A stretch of DNA of 62,227 nt from a virus (lineage: Duplodnaviria > Caudoviricetes), in IMG/VR virus record IMGVR_UViG_3300011115_000168, positions 1 to 62,227 of that record. One strand, given 5' to 3'. The notes beneath the pieces were generated by a model that worked only from the letters and a program-made list of their open reading frames with translations, searched no databases and was not told the DNA's origin. The translations under genes were made by a program, and so were the position numbers. The first letter of the stretch is position 1; each line of letters starts with the position of its first letter. Shown in pieces: positions 15,346 to 24,400 of the stretch.

Positions 15346-15660
15346 ATGGGTAATTTTCTTGAAAATACAGTCAGCGGTATTGGCGATGCTGTAGGCCGTG
15401 TCGGTGAAGGGCTGGGTAATGCCTTTAAGGGCTTGACCGGCGGTTCTGGCATGTCTAATAAATCTGAAGGCGAGATGGGTGAGCTACGCAAAAAAATCAT
15501 AGAGATGGACGAAGCGCAAAAAGGCAAGCAAGGCGTACCTATGAAAAAGGGCGGTTCAGTTTCTAGCGCCTCCAGCCGTGCGGATGGTATTGCTCAGCGT
15601 GGTAAGACTCGCGGCACGATGATCATGTGCGGCGGTGGAATGGCTAGGGGCAAAAAGTGA
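15346..15660 (+). CDS. Small basic protein with MKKGG and SASSRADGIAQRGKTRG module
   Basis: AAGGAG RBS; C-terminus paralogous to the previous ORF. Confidence 0.75.
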   Translation: MGNFLENTVSGIGDAVGRVGEGLGNAFKGLTGGSGMSNKSEGEMGELRKKIIEMDEAQKGKQGVPMKKGGSVSSASSRADGIAQRGKTRGTMIMCGGGMARGKK

Positions 15661-15935
15661 GACCCTCGCGCGGTATGGGTGACATTGCTCCTTCGAAGAT
15701 GCCGAAGGCAAAGACAATTGTCCGTAAAGACAATCCAAACGATGTCACCATGTACGCTGAGGGTGGCGAGGTCAATGCTGCGGGAAACTACACCAAGCCG
15801 AGCTTGCGTAAACGTATCGTGTCCCAAGTGAAGGCTGCGGCTACGCAAGGTACAGGCGCTGGACAGTGGTCAGCCCGTAAAGCGCAGCTTGTAGCTAAGA
15901 AGTACAAGGCTGCTGGTGGAGGATATCGTGATTGA
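15657..15935 (+). CDS. Basic protein, DUF5872-like N-half
   Basis: YTKPSLRKRI...GQWSARKAQL..KKYK..GGGY. Confidence 0.65.
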   Translation: MRPSRGMGDIAPSKMPKAKTIVRKDNPNDVTMYAEGGEVNAAGNYTKPSLRKRIVSQVKAAATQGTGAGQWSARKAQLVAKKYKAAGGGYRD

Positions 15936-16044
15936 ACACACTAAAGACTGTCTGCTTGAAGAAGCCGGTCAATGCACTTGCGATGCAATGACTGACAAAG
16001 AAATTGATGCTGAACTACTTGAAAAAGAGGACGCAAAAGAGTGA
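15928..16044 (+). CDS. Tiny acidic Cys/His peptide (38 aa; not in ORF track)
   Basis: GGAGG RBS plus GTG; MIEHTKDCLLEEAGQCTCDAMTDKEIDAELLEKEDAKE overlaps both neighbours. Confidence 0.55.
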   Translation: MIEHTKDCLLEEAGQCTCDAMTDKEIDAELLEKEDAKE

Positions 16045-16274
16045 AAGCGCCGCAGCAGTCCCTGAAGAATTGGGGCGACCAGAAATGGCGTACCAAGTCG
16101 GGGAAGCCGTCGTCAAAAACAGGTGAGCGTTACCTCCCTGAAGCTGCTATAAAGTCCTTGTCCCCAGCCGAGTACGCTGCAACCACCAAAGCAAAACGCG
16201 CTGGTAAAGCAGCAGGTAAACAATTCGTAGCGCAGCCCAAGAGCATTGCAAAGAAAACAGCAGGTTTTAGATAA
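16041..16274 (+). CDS. Basic protein, DUF5872-like C-half
   Basis: QQSLKNW..QKWRTK...ERYLP.AAIKSLS...GKQFVAQP. Confidence 0.65.
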   Translation: MKAPQQSLKNWGDQKWRTKSGKPSSKTGERYLPEAAIKSLSPAEYAATTKAKRAGKAAGKQFVAQPKSIAKKTAGFR

Positions 16275-17197
16275 TGGCCTATACCACTGGCACTACCAGC
16301 TTCAACTTAGACCTCAACGATCTGATTGAGGAGGCTTATGAGCGGGCCGGTGTAGAGGTGCGTACGGGCTATGAGTTTCGTACGGCACGTAGGTCTTTGA
16401 ACCTGATGACGATTGAGTGGGCTAACCGGGGCATCAACCTGTGGACCATCCAAGAGGGCGCTATTGCCATGGTTACGGGTCAGGCTATCTACCCCTTACC
16501 AGCAGACACAATCGACCTGCTAGACCACGTTATCCGCCAGAACAATGGCACTGCGAGTACGCAGTCGGATATCAACATAACCCGCATCTCTGAGTCCACC
16601 TACTCCACCATCCCGAACAAGCTAACTAATGGACGGCCCATTCAGGTGTGGGTGAACCGCCAAACGGCGCAGACTAACTCTACGTCTGTGACCCTTAGCT
16701 CTACCATCACCAGTACGGATACAACCATAGCCCTCAGTGATACGTCTGGGCTTACTACTACTGGTTTTATCAAGATTGACTCGGAAACCATCGGGTACAC
16801 CAACGTCAGTGGCAATAGCCTGATCAACTGTCTGCGTGGACAGAATGGGACTACGGCAGCGGCACACACGGCTGCAGCGGCTATCTACGTCCAGAACTTG
16901 CCTTGTATCAACGTCTGGCCTACCCCTGATGCGGGTGGTAACTACACCTTTGTCTACTGGCGGTTACGTCGGTTGCAAGATGCTGGGAATGGCGTGAACG
17001 TCGAAGATATCCCTTTCCGGTTGATTCCCTGCATGGTTGCAGGCTTGGCGTTCTACATCGCGGCTAAGCGGCCTGATGCTGACCCGACACGGGTTGGGTT
17101 CCTAAAGGATGAGTATGAGCAGCAGTGGCTGCTGGCTTCCCAAGAAGACCGGGAAAAAGCCTCGGACCGGTTTGTCCCAAGAATGCTTTTCTATTGA
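16274..17197 (+). CDS. Putative head-tail connector/adaptor protein
   Basis: 307 aa in the neck module; ARRSLNLM..EWANRG. Confidence 0.6.
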   Translation: MAYTTGTTSFNLDLNDLIEEAYERAGVEVRTGYEFRTARRSLNLMTIEWANRGINLWTIQEGAIAMVTGQAIYPLPADTIDLLDHVIRQNNGTASTQSDINITRISESTYSTIPNKLTNGRPIQVWVNRQTAQTNSTSVTLSSTITSTDTTIALSDTSGLTTTGFIKIDSETIGYTNVSGNSLINCLRGQNGTTAAAHTAAAAIYVQNLPCINVWPTPDAGGNYTFVYWRLRRLQDAGNGVNVEDIPFRLIPCMVAGLAFYIAAKRPDADPTRVGFLKDEYEQQWLLASQEDREKASDRFVPRMLFY

Positions 17198-17205
17198 GGT
17201 GAAGC

Positions 17206-17595
17206 GTGGCTACTAAATACGCTTCTGGCAAGTTTGCGATTGCAGAATGTGACCGATGCGGGCAACGATACAAACTTAGTGAGCTCAAGAAAGAGGTCAT
17301 TAAGACAAAGCTTTTTCAGATCAAAGTCTGCCCCACCTGTTGGGACCCAGACCAACCTCAGCTATCATTAGGTTTGTACCCAGTAAATGACCCGCAAGCG
17401 GTGCGTGAACCCCGTCCTGATGTGTCTTATGTAACCTCAGGAACAGACGTAAACGGCTACCTTGCAGGGGGGTCTAGGGACATTCAGTGGGGTTGGGCTC
17501 CAGTTGGCGGGGCTAGTTATTTTGATATAGGTTTAACACCCAACTACTTGGTCGGAACCACAAGTGTTGGCACGGTAACAGTAACGGTTTCATAG
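17206..17595 (+). CDS. Zn-finger (CxxC...CxxC) protein
   Basis: CDRC...CPTC. Confidence 0.7.
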   Translation: MATKYASGKFAIAECDRCGQRYKLSELKKEVIKTKLFQIKVCPTCWDPDQPQLSLGLYPVNDPQAVREPRPDVSYVTSGTDVNGYLAGGSRDIQWGWAPVGGASYFDIGLTPNYLVGTTSVGTVTVTVS

Positions 17596-17601
17596 GAGTC
17601 C

Positions 17602-17814
17602 ATGATGGCTAAAAGTGACAGCAAAGAAGACATGAAAAGTGACACGGCGCAGGACAAGGCCATGATCAAGAAGGCGTTCAAGCAGCATGATGCTCAAGAG
17701 CATAAAGGCAGCAAGGGCACTACGCTGAAGCTGAAGAAGGGTGGGCCCACTACGGATGACCGTATGCGCCTTGGTCGTAACATGTCCCGCGCTAAAAACC
17801 AAGGGAGCAAGTAA
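17602..17814 (+). CDS. Small basic protein (LKKGG)
   Basis: AGGAG RBS; Lys-rich. Confidence 0.7.
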   Translation: MMAKSDSKEDMKSDTAQDKAMIKKAFKQHDAQEHKGSKGTTLKLKKGGPTTDDRMRLGRNMSRAKNQGSK

Positions 17815-18065
17815 TGGCATACACCATGAAACAAGGTGGCAAAGAGGTTGGCCCCGCCAGCGTCTATGCACCTCCACACACAATGGATGGTAAGCCCATG
17901 AAGGGTTCTTCAGGCCCCAACCAAAGCAAATTGGATACGCTTGATATTGCTATTGGCCCGTATAGCAAGTCCGCTGGTAGCGAACAACCTAAGACAACTG
18001 GTATCAAAATCCGTGGTACTGGCTGCGCTACCAAAGGCACGATGGCACGAGGACCAATGGGATGA
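17814..18065 (+). CDS. Small basic protein (MKQGG; IRGTGCATKG)
   Basis: Coupled ORF. Confidence 0.7.
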   Translation: MAYTMKQGGKEVGPASVYAPPHTMDGKPMKGSSGPNQSKLDTLDIAIGPYSKSAGSEQPKTTGIKIRGTGCATKGTMARGPMG

Positions 18066-18757
18066 ACTATTCTGAGCTTTCGGCGGCAATACAGACCTAC
18101 ACGGAAAATAATTTTCCGGCGATTACCCTTGCGGATTCGTCTACGGTCTCGTCTACGGCTCAGATTAACCGCTTCATACAGCAGGCAGAGCAACGCATTT
18201 ACAACTCGGTGCAGTTCCCCTCGTTACGTAAGAATGTGACCGGAACCGTTGCAGCAAACGCCAAGTACTTATCTGCCCCTGATGATTTTCTTGCCCCGTA
18301 TTCAATGGCAGTTTATTCAGGCACTGGGCCATACACGTACCTGTTGAACAAGGATGTGAACTTCATTCGTGAAGCCTATCCAACTCCTACTGATACTGGC
18401 ACACCTAAGTACTACGCACTGTTTGGCCCAACGGTTGCAAACTCCGTGATTACTACAGAACTGTCGTTCATCATTGGTCCTACGCCCGATGCAACGTACT
18501 CAACTGAGCTTCACTATTACTACTACCCTGAGTCCATTACCACAGCATCGACAACATGGTTGGGCGACAACTTTGATACAGCATTGTTGTACGGTTCGCT
18601 AGTAGAGGCATACACCTTTATGAAGGGCGAAGCAGACTTGGTTGCTCTATACGACGGCAAGTACAAGGAAGCCCTTGCACTGGCTAAACGTCTGGGTGAT
18701 GGCATGGAGCGGCAGGATGCGTACCGCAGTGGTCAATTTAGGCAGGCGGTGACATGA
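18062..18757 (+). CDS. Tail tubular protein A/adaptor-like protein
   Basis: 231 aa; G.PKYYA...GPTPD...LLYGSLVEAY; synteny. Confidence 0.6.
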   Translation: MNYSELSAAIQTYTENNFPAITLADSSTVSSTAQINRFIQQAEQRIYNSVQFPSLRKNVTGTVAANAKYLSAPDDFLAPYSMAVYSGTGPYTYLLNKDVNFIREAYPTPTDTGTPKYYALFGPTVANSVITTELSFIIGPTPDATYSTELHYYYYPESITTASTTWLGDNFDTALLYGSLVEAYTFMKGEADLVALYDGKYKEALALAKRLGDGMERQDAYRSGQFRQAVT

Positions 18758-19170
18758 GCATCGTCCAAACGCAGACCACCAGCTTCAAGAAGGAGTTGTA
18801 TCAGGCCGTTCATAACCTGTCCACGGACACCCTCAAGATTGCGCTCTACACGGGTAATGCCAACTTGAACGCAGACACTACAGTCTATTCAACTACCGAC
18901 GAGGTTGTAGCGTCTGGCTATACAGCAGGTGGCAATACGTTGACTGGAGTGGCTATCAGTTCTGCTGACTACACAGCGTATGTGAACTGGGCAAACACAT
19001 CTTGGACGGCGGCTTTGACGGCCCGGTGCGCTTTGATTTACAACGTGACCCAAGGCAATAAATCCATTGCAGTGATTGACTTTGGGGCGGACAAAACCTC
19101 GACCACGACCTTTACAATCACCATGCCTGCCAACACGTCCACCACCGCACTTATCAGGAGTTCAAATTGA
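18754..19170 (+). CDS. Virion structural protein (paralog of 19365-19841)
   Basis: TSFK.EL...DTLKIALYT...GYTAGG. Confidence 0.7.
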   Translation: MSIVQTQTTSFKKELYQAVHNLSTDTLKIALYTGNANLNADTTVYSTTDEVVASGYTAGGNTLTGVAISSADYTAYVNWANTSWTAALTARCALIYNVTQGNKSIAVIDFGADKTSTTTFTITMPANTSTTALIRSSN

Positions 19171-19355
19171 TTGTCACTACGACCAAAGGTGAGATGGATG
19201 ATTCCTTGCTGGAACACCGTTCGGGTGAGGTGGACAATGAAAACGAGTTGACTACGTGGACAGAGTATTGGCTGAATGACGAATTGGTTCATCGGTCAGT
19301 GCATGTTACGTTGAAAAAGATGCCTCCACTGGGTGGCGAAACCGGTACTTTTTAA
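19167..19355 (+). CDS. Hypothetical protein
   Basis: Coupled ORF. Confidence 0.65.
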   Translation: MIVTTTKGEMDDSLLEHRSGEVDNENELTTWTEYWLNDELVHRSVHVTLKKMPPLGGETGTF

Positions 19356-19364
19356 GGATTCATC

Positions 19365-19841
19365 ATGGCAAACACCGCTTCAATGTGTACCTCCTTTATG
19401 GGGGAACTCCTGACTGCTACACATAATTTTGGTGTAGCCCCTATCCGTGCAGCTACCACTGCCGATACGTTTAAAGGCGCGTTGTATCTGACGAGCGCAA
19501 CCATCAATGCGGCTACTACGGCCTACACAGTTACCGGTGAAGTTTCCGGTACTGGCTATTCGGCTGGTGGGGTTACAGTGACTAACGCTACGGCTCCTTC
19601 GTCTACCAACAGTTCATCGACTGCTGGTGTGGCTTACTGGACTCCGTCTGCGTCAATCACATACACATCGGTCACTTTGACTACGGCGTTTGATACGGTG
19701 CTGATGTACAACTCGACGCAAAGCAATAAAGCTGTGGCTGTTTATACGTTTGGCAGTCAGACCGTTACGGCTGGTACGTTCACGTTGACCATGCCGTCTA
19801 ACACTACGACTACTGCTTTGTTGCGGTTGGCGACAACCTAA
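19365..19841 (+). CDS. Virion structural protein (paralog of 18754-19170)
   Basis: TSFM.EL...DTFKGALYL...GYSAGG. Confidence 0.7.
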   Translation: MANTASMCTSFMGELLTATHNFGVAPIRAATTADTFKGALYLTSATINAATTAYTVTGEVSGTGYSAGGVTVTNATAPSSTNSSSTAGVAYWTPSASITYTSVTLTTAFDTVLMYNSTQSNKAVAVYTFGSQTVTAGTFTLTMPSNTTTTALLRLATT

Positions 19842-19850
19842 AGGTAGGTT

Positions 19851-20459
19851 ATGGCTGGCTGGGGCGTAGGCGCTTGGGGTCTAGGCACTTGGGGCAATGG
19901 CGAAACCATCCTTGTAGGGGATGCAACAACCGGTTCCGTAGGCACAGCAGGCGTAGAAATCACAGTCGCCCTTACGGGGGTTTCTGCTACGGGGGCCAGT
20001 GGGACTGAGAACCCGAACAGGACGGTTGCGTTAACAGGGGTTGAAGGTTCAGGCGCTGTTGGGGCTTTAGAGGTAAGCGGCTCACCAGCTTTGTCGGGTG
20101 TGGAAGCTAGTGGAGCAGTTGGAACTGTAATACCCGGTAAAGCTTATGCGCTGACTGGGGTTGAGGCGCTGGGTGCTACGGGGTCAGTTATTGTCCCCCT
20201 GTTACCAGATACGGCGATAGGCGAAATTGGCACAGTTGGATACGAGACGGTTGTTGAGTTGTCTGGTGTGTCTGCCAGTGGCGCTGTGGGCTCGTTGAGC
20301 CTTGGGCCAAGAAGTTTTGCGCTTACGGGCAATTATGCCCAAGCGGATATTGGAGTTGTTGTGGCGGTTTACTGGAAGCTGATTGATGACGTGCAAGACG
20401 CAAACTGGCAAAAGATAAACAACTCCCAAACGGCAAATTGGACTACCATAGTAAATTGA
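19851..20459 (+). CDS. Tail-associated protein with L(T/S)GVxAxGxVG repeats
   Basis: Repeated Gly/Val/Ala units and WGxGxWG at the N-terminus. Confidence 0.7.
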   Translation: MAGWGVGAWGLGTWGNGETILVGDATTGSVGTAGVEITVALTGVSATGASGTENPNRTVALTGVEGSGAVGALEVSGSPALSGVEASGAVGTVIPGKAYALTGVEALGATGSVIVPLLPDTAIGEIGTVGYETVVELSGVSASGAVGSLSLGPRSFALTGNYAQADIGVVVAVYWKLIDDVQDANWQKINNSQTANWTTIVN

Positions 20460-20467
20460 GGTAACAA

Positions 20468-21418
20468 ATGACTACTGCATACACCTCCCTCTTGGGTCTC
20501 GCCCTTCCGGTGACGGGCGAACTGTCGGGTACGTGGGGCGACACGGTTAACAACTCCATCACTTCGTTGCTGGACTCTGCCATTGCTGGCACGACCACAC
20601 TGAGTTCTGATACTGACGTAACCCTAACGACCACCACTGGAGCAGCCAACACTGCCCGCGAAGCAATCCTGTTGTGGACAGCAGGGGGCACGGTAACCCG
20701 CAACATCACAGCCCCAGCGCAATCCAAGGTTTACATCGTCATCAATGCAAGCTCTAGCACTCAGAGCATTGTTCTGCGTGGGGTAGGCCCGACTTCTGGA
20801 GTAACCATCCTCAAGGGGGAAGTGGCGGTTTGTGTTTGGAATGGTTCTGACTTTGTCAAGTCTGCCAATATCGGCGCGGCTACCTTTACATCGGTGACGG
20901 ATTCTGGCCTGACATCGGGCCGAGTGACCTACGCATCCACAGGTGGCTTGCTGGTTGATTCAGCAAACTTGACCTACAACGGCGTTACCTTGACGACCGC
21001 AGGAGCATCAACGGCCTCTGCCTTCAAGACACCCAACATCACTGAAGTGGACACCATCTCTGCAACTGCGGCGACCGGAACTATCAACTTTGATATCACC
21101 ACGCAGTCCGTGCTGTACTACACCAGCAATGCATCGGGTAACTGGACGTTGAACTTCCGTGGCTCCAGCGGCACATCGCTGAACACTGTGATGGCTACTG
21201 GAGAATCTCTGTCCGCTACCTTCCTCGTCACCAACGGCACAACGGCCTACTACAACAGCGCTGTGACCATTGACGGCACATCGGTAACTCCAAAGTGGCA
21301 GGGCGGCTCTGCGCCCACCAGCGGCAACGCAAGCTCCACTGACTGCTATACCTACGTCATCCAGAAAACAGGCAGCGCCACCTACGTTGTGCTGGCCTCG
21401 CAGACCAAGTTCGCATAA
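20468..21418 (+). CDS. Tail fibre proximal/adaptor protein
   Basis: Thr-rich, G..SGTWG..N N-terminus; precedes the long fibre. Confidence 0.65.
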   Translation: MTTAYTSLLGLALPVTGELSGTWGDTVNNSITSLLDSAIAGTTTLSSDTDVTLTTTTGAANTAREAILLWTAGGTVTRNITAPAQSKVYIVINASSSTQSIVLRGVGPTSGVTILKGEVAVCVWNGSDFVKSANIGAATFTSVTDSGLTSGRVTYASTGGLLVDSANLTYNGVTLTTAGASTASAFKTPNITEVDTISATAATGTINFDITTQSVLYYTSNASGNWTLNFRGSSGTSLNTVMATGESLSATFLVTNGTTAYYNSAVTIDGTSVTPKWQGGSAPTSGNASSTDCYTYVIQKTGSATYVVLASQTKFA

Positions 21419-21428
21419 GGGATAACCG

Positions 21429-24400
21429 ATGCCACGCCTATCAAAAGTTGGAGCCGCCGCACTTGCTGCCTTTGGGTGGACTGGTGGAGCATCTGTTTCT
21501 GCAAGCTACCTTGTAGTTGCTGGTGGGGGTGGTGGTGGTTCTACAGGCGGCGGTGGCGGTGCAGGTGGGTATAGGACGGGAACAGCATCATTAAACCCAA
21601 CACTTTCATACACCGTAACAGTTGGGGCTGGGGGTACTTCAGCATCTACAGGAAATAATGGTGGGAATGGCGGAGATTCCGTATTTAACGCCATTACATC
21701 AACAGGTGGCGGCGGCGGTGCTGGAAATCCCAATAGCACATCTCCTAATGGCGGTTCTGGCGGTGGCGGCGCGTATGGCGGCGTAAACGGTACTGGAGGC
21801 TCTGGAAATACTCCATCTACCAGCCCATCTCAGGGTAATAGCGGAGGAAATGGATTCCTTGGTTCAACCGGAGGTGGCGGCGGCGGCGGCGCTAGTGCTT
21901 CGGGAACAAATGGTTCTGCATCAGGCAGCGGAACAGGTGGCAATGGCGGGGCAGGAACTGCAAGCACCATAAGTGGCTCTAGCGTAACTTACGCTGGAGG
22001 TGGCGGCGGCGGCGGTAATACAACTGGAGGCACGGGCGGCGCTGGTGGAGGTGGTAATGGCGGCGGCGGCTCATCTTCAGGAACTATTGGAATAACTGCT
22101 GGAACGGCAAATACTGGAGGTGGCGGCGGCGGTAGCGGTTTTAGCCCATCAACTTCTGTTGCAGGCGGCTCCGGTGTCGTAATCATCTCCTATGCTGGCG
22201 CACAGCAATTCGGTGGCGGCGTTGTCACATCTGATGGCACAAACACCATCCACACATTCACCACATCGGGAACCCTGTCGCCTTTGTCTTCGTTGACAGC
22301 GCAGTACCTGATTGTTGCTGGTGGAGCAGGTGGTGGTGGCAACTATCACACCGTGGCTACTGGCGGCGGTGGCGGCGCTGGCGGTCTGTTGACTGGTACT
22401 GGGTTGACCATCGATGCCAACTCTAACTACGTTGTGGTTGTAGGCGCAGGCGGAGCAGGCGGTACTGGCGGTGCTGGCACAAATGGTGTTAACGGCACTA
22501 ACTCCACATTCAGCATGGTCGCTACTGCGGCTGTCGGTGGCGGCTACGGAGCAACAAACCAACAAGCGGGTGGGAATGGTGGCTCAGGTGGTGGCGCATC
22601 AGGCCCAACCACTTCGGGTACTTTTGCTGGCGGCACTGCAACATCAGGACAGGGTAATGCTGGCGGCTCTGCCAATCAATTTCAAGGTGGCGGTGGTGGC
22701 GGTGCTGGTGCTGCTGGCGCTTCTGGCGCAACTGGAAACGGGGGAAACGGACTTGCATCTTCTATAAGTGGCTCATCAGTCACTTATGCTGGCGGCGGCG
22801 GTCAAACTGGTGGAACTGGGGGTGGTGGTAATGCAGGCGTTGCTGGCACAGCGAATACTGGGGGTGGTGGTGGCATGGGGGCTGGTGGCGCAAACAATGC
22901 TGGTGGCGCAGGCGGATCCGGTATTGTCATCATCTCCTATTCTGGCAGTACCCAGCAAATGGCTGGTGGCACTGTGACCATCTCTGGCGGCAATGTCATC
23001 CACACATTCACATCCAGCGGCTACCTCACGCCCATCAAGTACGCAAGCCGTTCACTGCGGTTCCGTAGCAGCGCAAATGCATATTTGAACCGGACTCCCG
23101 CAAAGGCATCCAACCAAAAAACATGGACATGGAGTGGCTGGACAAAACGTGGAAACATGGCGACAGGTTCGGCGCAATTTCTTTTTACGGCAAAAAGTGG
23201 TACGCCTTGGGGTGGCATTGTTTTTGAAAATTCCACAGGCCAACTTCAAGTAACATTTACTGCGGGGTCATCTGGAGGAACTTACACTTCAGCCTATTAT
23301 CGTGACCCATCTGCTTGGTATCACATAGTCGTTGCAGTTGACACCACACAAGCAACCGCAGCAGACCGAATCAAAATATATGTTAATGGGGTGCAAGTAA
23401 CTTCGTTCTCAAGCACGAACTACCCAGCACAAAACTTTGACACGCAGTTCAATAGTGCAATTGCTCATTATTTAGGCTGCTCATCGTCCGGTACTGAGAA
23501 TGTTGACGGCTACATGACCGAAGTCAACTTCATTGACGGCGCAGCCCTGACCCCATCCAGCTTTGGCACGTTCAACAGCTACGGCGTATGGCAACCCATC
23601 ACCTACGGCGGCTCATACGGCACGAACGGGTTCTACCTGACCTTTGGTGACAACACATCGACCACCACGCTGGGCTACGACACCAGCCCGCAGGGTAACA
23701 ACTGGACGACGAACAACATCAGCCTGACCGCTGGGTATACCTACGACTCCATGACGGATGTGCCAACGCTGACAAGCGCGACAGTGGCAAACTACCCCAC
23801 ATTAAACCCGCTTATTGGAACAGCCTCCGCAAGCTACACGCTCAACGACGGCAATTTGAAACTAGCTAGTAGTGCAATGAGTGGGCATATCAACGCCACT
23901 ATGGCGGCAACAAGCGGTAAATATTACTGGGAGTGCATAGTAGTTTCTGTATCTAGCAACAACGATTTTAGTGTTGGGGTTGACATATATGGTACGGCTA
24001 GTTTGAGCGCATCAATGGGCCAAAGTGCTGGAAGCTACACCATATACAGCTACGCTGGAAACACCTATCTACAAAAGCGAACCAATTCATCAGGCACATT
24101 AACAAACACTACTGCGGCAGTCACTAACGACATCATCATGGTTGCTATGGATGTTGGCGCTGGTTATGTGTGGTGGGGCAAGAATGGCACTTGGATTGAC
24201 AGCGGCAACCCTGCTACTGGCGCAAACCCAATGTATACCGGATTGACGGGGACACTGATACCCGGCGTAAATGGCGGTGGCGGTAGCACTAGCACGACCA
24301 CTTTGTCCCACAACTTTGGGCAGCAAGGGTTCACCTACACCCCACCAAGCGGCTTTGTTGCGCTGAACACCTACAACCTGTCCACGCCTACGATACCCAA

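Noticed and set aside
15263-15620. Near-duplicate DNA as a DGR template/variable repeat pair
   Set aside because: Differences are mostly synonymous, not adenine-specific, and no reverse transcriptase is encoded
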